DNA of 63,869 bases, the filler included, from an uncultured bacterium (GTDB lineage Bacteria; B130-G9), in assembly GCA_965372715.1 (NCBI GenBank). It is 9 parts of 6 records of this genome, joined end to end, with 100 filler letters (N's around TTAATTAATTAA, not from the genome) between each part and the next. Parts side by side here need not be neighbours in the genome. Positions count along the whole stretch, not along the records: positions 25,170 to 29,466 come from CBDVDH010000014.1; positions 29,567 to 31,654 come from CBDVDH010000014.1; positions 31,755 to 34,532 come from CBDVDH010000015.1; positions 34,633 to 36,375 come from CBDVDH010000016.1; positions 36,476 to 37,872 come from CBDVDH010000016.1; positions 37,973 to 63,869 come from CBDVDH010000054.1; 3 more parts are not named here. The stretch is one strand, 5' to 3'. Within the stretch, counting starts at the first letter, position 1, and the number at the start of each line of letters is the position of its first letter. Below the pieces are notes generated by a model that saw only the letters and a program-made list of their open reading frames with translations, was not told where the DNA came from and made no database searches. Below are positions 29,235 through 40,170 of this stretch, piece by piece. The position numbers were made by a program, and so were the translations under genes.

Positions 29235-29466
29235 ATGAGAACGAGAATCGGACAACTGATTGTCTTGTTTGTGGCGCTGGCAGCGGCAAGCGCAAGCGCG
29301 GCGGAGTTCCACGTCAAGCTCGACGGGACGGGCGATTTCACCGCGATACAGGAGGCGATAGACGCCGCCGAGGAGGGCGATACGATCATCGTCCACCCCG
29401 GCACGTTCTACGAGAATATCCACTTCAACGGCAAGAATATCACGCTGCGCTCGACGGATCCGACCG
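29235..29466 (+). CDS. Secreted right-handed beta-helix (pectin-lyase-like) protein, N-terminal fragment
   Basis: Signal peptide then DGTGDFTAIQEAIDAAEEGDTIIVHPGTFYENI; AAGGAG RBS; runs into gap. Confidence 0.8.
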
Positions 29467-29567
29467 NNNNNNNNNNNNNNNNNNNNNNNNNNNNNNNNNN
29501 NNNNNNNNNNTTAATTAATTAANNNNNNNNNNNNNNNNNNNNNNNNNNNNNNNNNNNNNNNNNNNNT

Positions 29568-30287
29568 TCTGATCCCGAGGTTCGGGAGCAGCAGATCCTT
29601 GAGATGGTCCCCTATGTCAAGTATATCGTCCAACGGATAGCGTTTAGGCTTCCTCCCCATATCGAGACAGACGACTTGGTCAACGCCGGCATTCTCGGTC
29701 TGATAGACGCAATGAACAAGTTCAATCCGGACCGCGAGGTGCGCTTCAAGACCTATGCCGAAAACCGTATTCGCGGCTCTATTCTCGACGAGCTCCGCTC
29801 GCAGGACTGGATACCGATCTCTGTGAGGCGCGAGTCGCGTCAGATCGAGAATGCGATACTTCGGGCCTCACAGGAGAGGAATCGGATGGCCACCAATGAG
29901 GAGGTGGCCGAGACGATGAACCTCACGTTGATGGAGTTTGAGCAGCTGTTGAGCAAGGTCGCGAGCGTGACGCTTTTGAGCCTCGACTCAGTCCTGACCA
30001 GCGAGAACGATAAGTGGAGCCACGACAAGCTGCTTCTGGACGCCTCTTTCCAGATACCCGCGCCCGACACGAAATACGCCGCCGAAGAGGTGCGGTCCTT
30101 TCTCGGAAAGGAGATAGAGAAGCTTTCCCGAAAGGAGAGGCTGGTCCTTGCTCTCTATTACTACGAGGACCTAACGATGAAAGAGATCGCCACAATACTG
30201 AAGATAACAGAGGGCAGAGTCTCGCAGCTTCATGCCGGTGCCGTCTTGAAGCTTCGTGCCAGGCTCAGAACCCTTCTTGAAAAATGA
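29568..30287 (+). CDS. fliA: FliA/WhiG (sigma-28) family RNA polymerase sigma factor (5' end in gap)
   Basis: RLPPHIETDDLVNAGILGLIDA, FKTYAENRIRGSILDELRSQDW, LYYYEDLTMKEIA..L.ITEGRVSQLH. Confidence 0.9.
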   Translation, partial: SDPEVREQQILEMVPYVKYIVQRIAFRLPPHIETDDLVNAGILGLIDAMNKFNPDREVRFKTYAENRIRGSILDELRSQDWIPISVRRESRQIENAILRASQERNRMATNEEVAETMNLTLMEFEQLLSKVASVTLLSLDSVLTSENDKWSHDKLLLDASFQIPAPDTKYAAEEVRSFLGKEIEKLSRKERLVLALYYYEDLTMKEIATILKITEGRVSQLHAGAVLKLRARLRTLLEK

Positions 30288-30341
30288 GGCTGCCAGGTCC
30301 CATTGAAGGCTGAGGCGCATGTAGCGGCGCCCCTCAGTTAC

Positions 30342-30446
30342 GAGGCTGTCCCATAAGTCCCTCTCGAGCATGGTCGGGGCGGCTCACGAGCCGCCCACCT
30401 CTAATGTCTGACCGCAAATTGAGGGCGGCTCGTAAGCTGCTCCTAC
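30342..30446. mobile_element. MITE left TIR followed by a REP doublet
   Basis: GAGGCTGTCCCATAAGTCC; GGGGCGGCTCACGAGCCGCCC ... GGGCGGCTCGTAAGCTGCTCCTAC. Confidence 0.65.
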
Positions 30447-30448
30447 AA

Positions 30449-31393
30449 CTAAGGCAGCGACACCAGTATCCCGTTCTTACCGCAGGAGAAGCCCGATTCG
30501 GCGTTAAGCATGAAAATCGAGTGGAGCCACGTATCCTTGTCGATCAGGATCACCTTTTGCCAGGTTTGCCCACCGTCGGTTGTTCGCAGGAATATCGATT
30601 CTTGACCCACGATGAAGCCCACATCCCTATTGACAAAATACACGCCGTTGAGCTCGTGCCTTGCCCCGCTTTGCTGCCTTACCCACGTCTTGCCGCCGTC
30701 GGAGGTGTGCAAGATGACGCCGGCCATGCCGACAGTCCAGCCGTTGCTGGCGTCAACGAAACACACGTCAAGAAGGATCGATGCGGTCCCAGAATCCTGC
30801 AAGTCCCACGTCCTGCCGCCGTCGGAGGTGTGAAGAATCGTCCCGCCCAGTCCGACTGCCCAGGCGAGCTTCTCGCCAATACAGGACACACCAAGCAGAA
30901 GGCGCGACGTTCTCCGCCTCGCCTCAGTCCAGCTCGCGCCTCCGTCGTGCGTCCAAAGAACCCGCCCTGAAAGGCCAACGGCGTAGCCAATCCTCCTGCC
31001 GCAAAAGGCCATGTCCTGAAGCTCGGCCCCGAACACCTGAATCCTGCTCCATGTCTTTCCACCATCAGCGGTCGAGTAGAGCGTGCCGAGTTCCCCGCAG
31101 ACCAAGCCATTGGCCCTATCGAAGAACCAAACGCCGGTCAGCCGAACTTCGCTAGGGATGCCGCTCTTCAGCTCGACCCAGGCCTTGCCTCCGTCGTCGG
31201 TCCTTCGCATTCGAGCGCCGTCACCGACCATAAACCCCATCTTGGCGTCAACGAAGAACAAGCCGTGCCAGCTGTGCGCCAAATCAGCCTCTTGCAGGAC
31301 CTCCGCGGCAAAAGCACAGCTAAGCAAAATGGCCAGAACACCTAGAACGAGCAGAATTGGCCTAAGAGAATGCGTCATTGCCCAGTTGTCCAT
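30449..31393 (-). CDS. Secreted YCF48-related (BNR repeat) beta-propeller protein
   Basis: Signal peptide; repeated G..VG..G.IL.T.DGG.TW. Confidence 0.9.
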   Translation of the reverse strand: MDNWAMTHSLRPILLVLGVLAILLSCAFAAEVLQEADLAHSWHGLFFVDAKMGFMVGDGARMRRTDDGGKAWVELKSGIPSEVRLTGVWFFDRANGLVCGELGTLYSTADGGKTWSRIQVFGAELQDMAFCGRRIGYAVGLSGRVLWTHDGGASWTEARRRTSRLLLGVSCIGEKLAWAVGLGGTILHTSDGGRTWDLQDSGTASILLDVCFVDASNGWTVGMAGVILHTSDGGKTWVRQQSGARHELNGVYFVNRDVGFIVGQESIFLRTTDGGQTWQKVILIDKDTWLHSIFMLNAESGFSCGKNGILVSLP

Positions 31394-31618
31394 TCGTTGG
31401 TTCTCTCGCCGCGGCGCTGACCGAAAAGGCTACCGTCCGGCGGAACAGAAGAATACTCGGTTATCCAGACCCTGCAAGTGGTTCGTAAGAGGAGTTTTCG
31501 TAATAGTATGCGTGGGGGCGCTTGCACACATGGTGGGCGGCTGACTTTGAGGGATTCTGGCCCCAGAAGCTCATGCAATCTGGGCCGGAGGCGGGGACTG
31601 TTCGAGAGTGATGCTTCA

Positions 31619-31654
31619 ATGCCCTGAAAGGGCATCATGTGGGTAGCCGTGGGT
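31619..31654 (+). repeat. CCCTGAAAGGG...GTAGCCGT palindromic element, cut by gap
   Basis: ATGCCCTGAAAGGGCATCATGTGGGTAGCCGTGGGT; homologous to 39120-39167. Confidence 0.7.
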
Positions 31655-32274
31655 NNNNNNNNNNNNNNNNNNNNNNNNNNNNNNNNNNNNNNNNNNNNTT
31701 AATTAATTAANNNNNNNNNNNNNNNNNNNNNNNNNNNNNNNNNNNNNNNNNNNNCAAGCCGCCGCACTCCAAAAGGCCAGAGCCGCCGGCGTCAATCTGA
31801 TTTTTCGGGGAGTTTCCCCATTGGGGAAACGGGAGAAAAGGAAAAAGGGAAGACGTCTTGATCGAGGGTGTCAACTGGCCGATGAGGAAACGGTCTTGAA
31901 GCTCAAAGGGCACAGGCGTTTCGCGCCCGACCGAGAGGAACGGTTCATGCCGATTCGGGAATCACGCAGGAGTTGGGTCGGGCTCCAATGAGGCTATACG
32001 CCAGTCCAGACACGGCGCAGGCAGTCGGAAGATTGACAAGCTGTTAAAGATCGCGGTAGTTTCATTCGAGAGAGACAGCGGGGCACTCAAGTGTCTGACG
32101 TAGTTTCTGGCTTTGCTGCGGTTTGGTGTTTTGAATACAGGTTCCCACCTGGCGATGATGGAGCAGGATAAAAGTTGGTGCTCTCTGTGTATGGGAGCCT
32201 ACTGACAAGGTTGTATCTTGAGGAGTGCCTGTCGTGCGGGAATCCCCTGAGTAGCTAAAGGTGGCGCGAGAGAA

Positions 32275-34350
32275 TTGGTTGAGCCCAAGATAGCCTTCAA
32301 CTTATCCAGAGAACTGCTGGACGATGTTCTTGACGGGATACTGGTCCTCGACGAGTCGGGATGCGTGGTTTATGCAAATGCCTTCGCCGAGAAAAAGCTG
32401 TGGAGCAGTTCGGTATGCGCCACGGAGCGGAGGATATCGGAGTTGCTGCCAGCGCCGGCGGAGATGAGTTGGGATGAGGCATGGCATCGCCTCTGCACGC
32501 GAAAGGAGAGGGTCGAGCTCGATTTCCTTGCGCTCGAATCGCTCAAGCGCAAGGAGATGTTCTTTTTTGACGCCATGCTGCTTCCTCGAATAGGCATTGA
32601 TGGCGAGTTCCAGGGCGCGGTCTGTCTGCTGCATTTCGCTTCTCCCGCAGAGAAATTGGCAATGGAGGTCGAGACGGCTAAGGAGACCATGGAAAAGCAG
32701 CTTCGGCAGTTGGAGGACTTCACGGCGATTGGCGATGAGATAGTAGGCGAAACCGACCTTGGGCAGGTGTTGAAGAAGGTCGCCGAGGCCATTCGGGAGC
32801 ACTCGAATTTCCAGCGAGTCGTTGTCTCAAGATTCGCTGGTGAGAAAGGACAGAGGGAGATTGGATGCGCCGGAGTATCAGAAGAAGAGGAGAAGGCCCT
32901 TAGGTCAAAGAGGTGGTCAGAGAGGATCAACAAGGAGCTGTTCCGCGAGCAGTTCAAGATGGGGCATTCATCGTATTACGTTCCTCATGGGCTGACTGAC
33001 ACAATCCCGATCTATGGTGTTGGGAGCAAGATTCCTGCGCGTGAGATGAAGGATTGGCATCCCAACGATTGCTTGCTAATCCCGCTTCATGGTAGGGGAC
33101 GAAAACTGATTGGCCTTATCTCTGTCGATGATCCCAGGGATGGGAGAGCTCCCACTGCCGACGCTCTCAGGCCACTGGAGCTGTTTGCCTCGCAAGCGGC
33201 AAGGGCCATCGAGGAGGCCACGCTCAAGCGCGAGCTGATGGAGGCCAAAGACAACCTCAGGCGCCTGATAGACAGCACGCCCGACGCGATTGTCGCTACC
33301 GACGCTCACGGTGTTGTTACCTTTTACAGCGACGGGGCGGAGCGTATGTTCGGCTATCTGCCTGAAGAGATAGTCGGCAAGCGCCTTGCGCAGTTCTATT
33401 CCGACGACCCCGAGACCGGCTGGGCGAGAGCCCGGAAGATCATGGATGATCTTTTGAATAGTCCTACTGAGAGTATTACCGGCAGGATTCTTGAGTTTCC
33501 TAGAAAGAGCGGCGGCCGGGTGCCAATCATGATCTCTGCTGGCCTGCTCCGGAATGAGAAGAATGAGGTAGTTGGCACGATCGGCGCCGCAAGAGACATA
33601 AGCGAGGACATAAAGCTCCGTCAGCAGATAATGGAGAAGAACCGAACGCTTGAGGCGAAGAACGCCGAACTGGAAGAGTTCGTTTACGTCGCCTCACACG
33701 ATCTTCAGGCGCCTTTGGTTTCGATTCAGGGGTTTGGGACGAAGCTAGTCAGGGACTATGAACATCTGCTTGGCAATGATGGGCTGCATTGTCTGTCCCG
33801 GCTCAACGCTAACGTCTCTCGTATGTCCGTGTTGCTGAAAAGCCTACTTGAGCTTTCGAGGGCTAGCACAAAGGCTCTTCAAAAGGACCCCTGCGATCTC
33901 TCTAGCATACTAGATGACGTCCTCGAGGATTACTCCGAGCAGATTGAGACGATGAATGCAGAGATTAGGAGGCCCAACTCACTGCCGGTTGTTTTATGCG
34001 ACGGAATACAGGTCGCTCAGGTGCTTTCGAACCTCATCGGCAACGCGCTGAGGTATAGGTCAGAGGATAGGTCCCCGGTAGTAGAGATAGGTAGCGAAGA
34101 GAGCGATTCATCCTATAGTATATACGTCAAGGACAATGGGATAGGCATTACGGAGCCTGAGGTTGAGGCGGTGTTTCTTCCGTTCAAGCGGCTTAGACAT
34201 AAGGCTTCGAACGGGATAGGAATAGGGCTTTCCATCGCGCGGAGTATTGTCGAGCGGCATGGCGGAAGAATATGGGTTGAGCCGAATCTGGATGTTGGAA
34301 GCAAGTTTCGCTTCAATCTTCCCAAGGAGAAACGGGCGACGGAGGAATGA
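32275..34350 (+). CDS. PAS-GAF-PAS sensor histidine kinase
   Basis: H-box YVASHDLQAPL, N-box NLIGNALRY, KDNGIGI, GIGIGLSI; PAS (STPDAIVATD..G) and GAF segments. Confidence 0.92.
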   Translation: MVEPKIAFNLSRELLDDVLDGILVLDESGCVVYANAFAEKKLWSSSVCATERRISELLPAPAEMSWDEAWHRLCTRKERVELDFLALESLKRKEMFFFDAMLLPRIGIDGEFQGAVCLLHFASPAEKLAMEVETAKETMEKQLRQLEDFTAIGDEIVGETDLGQVLKKVAEAIREHSNFQRVVVSRFAGEKGQREIGCAGVSEEEEKALRSKRWSERINKELFREQFKMGHSSYYVPHGLTDTIPIYGVGSKIPAREMKDWHPNDCLLIPLHGRGRKLIGLISVDDPRDGRAPTADALRPLELFASQAARAIEEATLKRELMEAKDNLRRLIDSTPDAIVATDAHGVVTFYSDGAERMFGYLPEEIVGKRLAQFYSDDPETGWARARKIMDDLLNSPTESITGRILEFPRKSGGRVPIMISAGLLRNEKNEVVGTIGAARDISEDIKLRQQIMEKNRTLEAKNAELEEFVYVASHDLQAPLVSIQGFGTKLVRDYEHLLGNDGLHCLSRLNANVSRMSVLLKSLLELSRASTKALQKDPCDLSSILDDVLEDYSEQIETMNAEIRRPNSLPVVLCDGIQVAQVLSNLIGNALRYRSEDRSPVVEIGSEESDSSYSIYVKDNGIGITEPEVEAVFLPFKRLRHKASNGIGIGLSIARSIVERHGGRIWVEPNLDVGSKFRFNLPKEKRATEE

Positions 34351-34532
34351 CTGAGAGAGTAATTGATCTGAATCCTTGCGGGAACGAGGAGGCTGGGCTG
34401 ATCGACCTCATTTTGTTGGTTGAGGACGAGCGGGACCACGCAGAACTTGTCATCGACGCTCTGCGCGAGGTTGGCAGTGTCAAGAGGGTTGTGTTGATTG
34501 AGAACGGCCAGACGGCCCTGGACTATGTGTTC
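34347..34532 (+). CDS. Response regulator receiver, N-terminal fragment
   Basis: ILLVEDERDHAEL...NGQTALDY; overlaps the kinase stop (ATGA). Confidence 0.8.
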
Positions 34533-34632
34533 NNNNNNNNNNNNNNNNNNNNNNNNNNNNNNNNNNNNNNNNNNNNTTAATTAATTAANNNNNNNNNNNN
34601 NNNNNNNNNNNNNNNNNNNNNNNNNNNNNNNN

Positions 34633-34853
34633 ATAAGAGCCATTCATATCACCGCGTTGAAACGCGGTGAGTCAGAGGAACCTACCTACAAAAATATGCG
34701 TATAATTGTCAGGTCTGAGACACCGGCCCTACACAACCGCAACGACTTATGTCCCAGCCTCCTTGCCCCGTCCTTATCTGGCGCGACCGAACGTATGAAG
34801 GGTGCGGCAAGCGGCACCCCTACAATCCGCGTCCCGACTTATTGGACAGCCTC
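34633..34853. repeat. Repeat mosaic: ACCGCGTTGAAACGCGGT palindrome, REP remnants and two tandem right TIRs
   Basis: CGACTTATGTCCCAGCCTC at 34743 and CGACTTATTGGACAGCCTC at 34835; REP at 34799-34823. Confidence 0.7.
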
Positions 34854-35007
34854 TTCCGTTGGGTGCGAATCAAGTCCCCCAACACGTTTGACTAATCATC
34901 TTACGTGTTCATTCCGATACAAAGAAAAGTGAGGTCTTTGGCAGCGGATGACAAGGCGGGAGCTTCACGATTTCGCTTGAATAGCTTTCTTGCTACACGG
35001 AAAGGGA

Positions 35008-36375
35008 ATGACGGTAAGTGATCGCGAAGGTCCGGCCAATCTGCACCGGCCGCTAAAGGAAAGTATCCAGAGTATTCTCATCGTCGAGGGTGATCGGTCA
35101 AGCGCTGCGTCAATCTCGGAGGCCCTGGAGCGGGCGTTTGAAAATGTGACAGTCAGAACAGCAGCTACAGGAAAGCAGTGCAGGGCAGAACTGAAAGGCA
35201 CGACCTACGACTGCATCCTGCTCGGCCACGAGGCGCCGGATACCGGCAGCATCGAACTGCTTGGCCTGATTGCGAAGGAATACACGCATATCCCGGTAGT
35301 GGCGTTGGCAGATGACGTCTCGTTAGCGACGCAGGCGATGAGGGGCGGGGCAGCCGGATACTTCCTCACGAACGAGACGCAGGGGGATTTGGGCCTCTTG
35401 CCTGAGGTTATCCAACGGGCCGTGGAGCTGGCTCGGCGGCGAGAATCGGCCGAAGACTCTAATCGCGTGTTCGATGAAACGCCACTGATGGTCTTCGATA
35501 TTGGACCCGAGGGACAGCTGCTGTGGGCAAATCGAGCGGGACTTGAGCATCTGGGCTACGCGTTGGACCAGTTCCAGGCTGCGAACATCCGCGACCTGAT
35601 TCCCGAATATGAGTGGAAGTGGGTGAACTACTGCTTCGAGCAGGCCAGAGATGCTGGGGCCGCGACGGCCGAGTCAGCTCTTCTGACGAAGGAAGGCCAA
35701 TGTGTGGATGTTCAGATAAACGCCGTGATCGTGCCTGACCCAAGCGGGCGCCTCGTCAAGATCAGGGTCTTCATGAGCGATATTGCGCGAGTAAGGCAGC
35801 TTGAGGAACAGCTTTTGCAGTCGCAGAAGATGGCGTGCATCGGAGCGCTCGCGGCGGACATTGCACACGACTTCAACAACATCCTGGGCACGATTCTCCT
35901 AGCTGCCCAAATGATCAACATGGAGGTCGGGACAGACTGCGTGCTCAAGAGGCAGGCGCAGAGCATTCAGAGCAGCGCGGAGCTCGGCGCGGAGCTCGCG
36001 AGCCAGCTGCTGTCGTTCGCGGGGGCCGATCGGTGCGAATCAGAGACTGTCGAACCCAATAGCCTCGTCAGGGAGATCGTGAGCCTGTCGAGGCCGTCCA
36101 TCGACAATTCTATATCAATAGAGCTTAAGCTTGACCCTAATGTCCGGCGCATTCTCGCCGACCGCAATCAGATAGCGCAAGTAGTGCTGAACCTGGCGTT
36201 GAACGCCAGGGACGCCATGCCGAAGGGGGGCACGCTCACATTTGCGACGGAGAACATCCAAGTAAGGGATGACGAGTTGTGCAGGAAGGTCGGCATCCAG
36301 AAAGGAGAATACGTTCGTATCTCGGTCACCGATACCGGTTCTGGAGTCAATGAGAGGGTCTTGGCTAAGATCTTC
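35008..36375 (+). CDS. Receiver-PAS-histidine kinase (CckA-like), 3' end in gap
   Basis: QLLQSQKMACIGALAADIAHDFNNIL, QVVLNLALNARDAMP.GG, DTGSG; degenerate N-terminal receiver domain. Confidence 0.88.
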
Positions 36376-36475
36376 NNNNNNNNNNNNNNNNNNNNNNNNN
36401 NNNNNNNNNNNNNNNNNNNTTAATTAATTAANNNNNNNNNNNNNNNNNNNNNNNNNNNNNNNNNNNNNNNNNNNN

Positions 36476-37708
36476 CAAAGCGAACGTGAGCTTGCCATTT
36501 TCGATAGCATAACCCTCGCCCACGCCGACAACGAAATTGCCGGAAAGGACGTCAACGTTCCCGCCACGCGCGATTGTCTTTATGTAGATGCCGTTCTTTG
36601 TATCGGCCAGTATCGCGCTGGGGTCATCGGCGCCGTCCTCAACGTAGGTGTTTGTCATCCTTGGGATCGGCGGATGTTCGTAGCTCTGGCAGCGGCCGTT
36701 GCCGGTGCTCTTGACCCCATCGACCATCGCTGTGCGCATGTCATACATGTAGTTAGTGAGAATGCCCTCCTCGATCAGGACAGTCTTCTGCGATGGATTG
36801 CCCTGATCATCGAACGCCAAGGAGCCGCCCGAACTGAAAACCCGTCCATTGTCAACCAGCGTCACCAGCTTCGAGGCGACCTGCTTGCCCATTCTCCCCG
36901 CAAAAGAACTGCCCTTCTGGACGAAATCCGCCTCAAACGAGTGACCGCACGCCTCGTGAAACAAAACGCCCGGGCTGCCCGGCGCAAAAACAACCGGCAT
37001 CTGCCCCTCCGGCGAAGGCTTTGCGTCGATAAGAACCACCGCCTTGCGGACCGCCTCCCTCGCCACGTCCTCGGGCCGCTTGCCTTCTTCCTTTAGAACC
37101 TCGAACCCAGACAGAGCGCCAAACATATCGCCAGCGGCGAGAAGCTCTCCGTTTACCCGAAGAAATGCCCGGACGACCAGCTCGAGCATCGATCGATCAT
37201 CCTGCACAATCCGCCCCTCAGATGTCAAAGTCAGCGCCTTTCGCGTGTAGTCGTAATACACAATGGTGAGCTGATGAACACTCTTGTCGGCCTCCCGCCC
37301 CGCCGAGTCCGCAGCCCTCACCGCCTCGAGCTTGCGCGAGAGATCAACAGCGCAGACCGGCTCGACGACATCCTGGACGGGCTCCGCACCGACCTCGAAC
37401 GGGCTAATGCTCGTGCTCTCCCCTGCGACTCCCTCGCGCTTCAACGAGGCGCAAACAGCATCCGTTATCCTGTCAATCGATTCGGGCGCCGTCCCGTCGC
37501 AGCAGCTGTGGAAGCTCCTGCCGGAAGCAACTGCATAGACGGACACGCCCAGTCGTGAAGCGTTGGACACGTTGGTTTTCCGGTCGTCGCACAAGAGGCG
37601 CCACGTGGTTACGTCCTCGACCAGGACCTCGCACCACCCAGCGCCAGCGGCCATCAGCCGCTTGATTCGCTCAAAGCCGAAGTCTGGATCGAGCAGGTAC
37701 TCATCCAT
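36476..37708 (-). CDS. tldD: TldD/PmbA family metalloprotease (3' end in gap)
   Basis: GVLFHEACGHSFEAD, FDDQG, TGNGR..SY..PPIPRMTNTY. Confidence 0.9.
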
Positions 37709-37974
37709 GACAGAGATAATGAGATAACTCGGTCAGTCGGTCAAGCCGTTTGTGGGGAAGTTCTCACCACAGAGACACAGAGACACAGAGAAAACTGGGC
37801 AGATATGAGATCAGACGCTTGATCGCCTAACTTGCGTTCTGCCCTTCAAACCATATCACTTCCGGACCTAGGNNNNNNNNNNNNNNNNNNNNNNNNNNNN
37901 NNNNNNNNNNNNNNNNTTAATTAATTAANNNNNNNNNNNNNNNNNNNNNNNNNNNNNNNNNNNNNNNNNNNNAT

Positions 37975-38985
37975 ACTTCGTGCCTCGCGCTCGCAATTGC
38001 GCTAAGAAAGCCGACAATCGTCCATTCAATCGGCGCAGGGCCGATAAAGTCGCTCTCCGGGAAGATACTGACGCGAATGCTGCTCAACCGAGCGTCTGTT
38101 ATTACTGTCCGGGACGCGAACTCCGCCGAGGTCCTCAGGTCCTGCGGCGTCGATGCCAAGAGGATAATCGAGGTTCCCGATCCCGCGCTGATCCTGAGGC
38201 CAGATGAGAGCTTTGACGTTGAAGGCTGCCTGTCTGATCTTGGACTCGACACTAAACGGCCTATCTTGGGGATTGCGGTGAGGCGCCTGTTTCATCGCAA
38301 ACACGGTTTCCTGCCGATAAGGCTCAGAGTGAGGCTGGGTCTTATCTCATCAGGCCAAAAGGCACGGTTTGAGAACTTCAAAACTGAGCTCGCGCGGTTC
38401 GCCGACTACGTCGTATCGCGATATGGCTTCCAGGTGCTTTTCATCCCGATGTACACCGAGGTTGGTCAGAACGATCATGGCGTCGGGCGGGAGATCGCCG
38501 CGCTCGCATCCCACAAGGACGACATCTTCCACCTGTCGATTGCATATACCAGCCGGCAAGTTCTGAGCGTGATCTCAAGGATGTACGCCATGGTCGCGGT
38601 TCGGATGCACGCTGCGGTGCTGTCCGCGGTCGCCAACGTGCCGCTTCTCTCGATTCACTACGCCTCAAAGGGCAAGAGCTTCATGTCCGACATCGGGCTT
38701 GCCGACTACACGCTAGCTGCCGAGGACGTCGGCTGCGATATTCTGGTGCGGCAGTTCAACTGTCTGATTGACAACTACACGAACGTCAAGTCGGTCCTTG
38801 CCGGAAGCGTGCGAGCCTCCTCCAAGGACGTACTTGCCAACGTGTCCCGCGTCAGAGAACTTCTCGGTATGGCGCCTCTCGATGAGACCACGGTGGCCGA
38901 GTTCTTCGACTCGATTGGCCTCAAGAGCGACGAGCAGTCTGGTTTCGACGACGTGAAACAACAACGCACGCTGGCAAGCTGTTAA
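37975..38985 (+). CDS. Polysaccharide pyruvyl transferase family protein (5' end in gap)
   Basis: SIGAGP, ITVRDANS, VPDPAL, AVRMHAAVLS, YASK. Confidence 0.85.
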   Translation, partial: TSCLALAIALRKPTIVHSIGAGPIKSLSGKILTRMLLNRASVITVRDANSAEVLRSCGVDAKRIIEVPDPALILRPDESFDVEGCLSDLGLDTKRPILGIAVRRLFHRKHGFLPIRLRVRLGLISSGQKARFENFKTELARFADYVVSRYGFQVLFIPMYTEVGQNDHGVGREIAALASHKDDIFHLSIAYTSRQVLSVISRMYAMVAVRMHAAVLSAVANVPLLSIHYASKGKSFMSDIGLADYTLAAEDVGCDILVRQFNCLIDNYTNVKSVLAGSVRASSKDVLANVSRVRELLGMAPLDETTVAEFFDSIGLKSDEQSGFDDVKQQRTLASC

Positions 38986-39119
38986 GGTGGTGTAACACAT
39001 TTCGTTTAGAATACTCTTGGCGTCGCGGAATGCCTATGTGAGCGTTGGATCAAGAGGCAAGAAATCAATGAACGGTCTTTTGTTCGTACCAGCAAAAGCA
39101 GCCGGACCCAGGTTACGTA

Positions 39120-39167
39120 ATCCCCTGAAGGGGGATAATGTGAGTAGCCGTAGGTTTCAACCTACGG
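39120..39167 (+). repeat. CCCCTGAAGGGGG...GTAGCCGTAGGTTTCAACCTACGG palindromic element
   Basis: Two adjacent hairpins; family shared with 6991 and 31619. Confidence 0.75.
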
Positions 39168-39186
39168 ATCAGGAAACAGCGCCCAG

Positions 39187-39924
39187 ATGATTGAGATAGT
39201 CGAACTCGAAAAGACGCTCGATGGTCAACACGTCCTCAACGGAATCAATCTGACGATCGACACGGGCGAGACCACGGCGATCATCGGCTCGTCCGGGGCG
39301 GGCAAATCGGTCCTCCTGAAGCATATCATTGGCCTTCTCAGGCCCGACAAGGGCAAAATAATCATCGACGGCATCGATACGACGAACCTCAATGCGCGCA
39401 AGTGGATGGAGCTGCGGAAGGAGAAGTTCGGGATGCTCTTTCAGGAAGGCGCCCTCTTTGACTCGATGAACGTCTATGAGAACGTCTCGTTCTTCCTCGT
39501 TCAGCACACGAAGCTCTCCCGCGCAGAGATTGACGAGAAAGTCCAGGAGAAACTCCAGATCGTCGGCCTGGAAGGCGTCGAAGCCAAGATGCCATCCGAC
39601 CTCTCCGGCGGCATGAAGAGGCGCGTCGCGCTCGCAAGGGCGATCATCGCCGACCCGCAGATACTCCTCTTCGACGAACCCACCGTCGGCCTCGACCCGA
39701 TCATCTGCGCCTCGATCATCCAGCTGATCAAGCAGACGCAAGAGCGCCTGGGCATTACGTTCGTGCTGGTTACGCACAACATCCTCGCCGGGTTTTCCGT
39801 CGCGCAGAAGGTCGCCATGCTCCACGACGGCAAGATCATCGCGTCCGGCACGGTCGATGAGATGAGGGATTCCGACAATCCCGTCGTCCAGGGCTTCCTC
39901 AAAGGCGTCGCCTTCTCCGCCTGA
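39187..39924 (+). CDS. mlaF: MlaF/Ttg2A-like ABC transporter ATP-binding protein
   Basis: Walker A GSSGAGKS, FQEGALFDSMNV, PSDLSGGMKRRVALARA, FDEPTVGLDP. Confidence 0.85.
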   Translation: MIEIVELEKTLDGQHVLNGINLTIDTGETTAIIGSSGAGKSVLLKHIIGLLRPDKGKIIIDGIDTTNLNARKWMELRKEKFGMLFQEGALFDSMNVYENVSFFLVQHTKLSRAEIDEKVQEKLQIVGLEGVEAKMPSDLSGGMKRRVALARAIIADPQILLFDEPTVGLDPIICASIIQLIKQTQERLGITFVLVTHNILAGFSVAQKVAMLHDGKIIASGTVDEMRDSDNPVVQGFLKGVAFSA

Positions 39925-39964
39925 TTGACGCGCCTGCCTTCTCCACCGCGAAAACGGGCCATCG

Positions 39965-40090
39965 GTAGGGGCGCCGCTTGCCGCGCCCAATGCACATCCG
40001 GGCGATTCCCGTAGGGGCGCGGTCTCAGACCCGCCCGTAAATGAATCGGTCCACGAAGGACACGAAGAACCACGAAGAGGCCACGCGGAA
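39965..40090 (+). repeat. Two tandem GTAG REPs followed by CACGAAG short tandem repeats
   Basis: GTAGGGGCGCCGCTTGCCGCGCCC; GTAGGGGCGCGGTCTCAGACCCGCCC; CCACGAAGGACACGAAGAACCACGAAG. Confidence 0.75.
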
Positions 40091-40142
40091 TGCAAGATCA
40101 ACCCTCCTATGTTGACTTTCGGCTTCCAACTGAAAAAAGGGC

Positions 40143-40170
40143 TTGACAATCCCGAAAACGCCGCTATTAT
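40143..40170 (+). promoter_or_regulatory. Putative sigma70 promoter
   Basis: TTGACA-16 nt-TATTAT. Confidence 0.55.

Noticed and set aside
29568-30287. Flagellar gene cluster implied by fliA
   Set aside because: The contig is only about 2 kb and no other flagellar gene is visible, so motility cannot be inferred.
39169-40149. Long antisense or alternative-frame ORFs (326 aa here; also 44916-45803, 16484-17275, 55326-56045, 10341-11105)
   Set aside because: Shadow ORFs opposite well-supported genes in GC-rich DNA, with no recognisable motifs.
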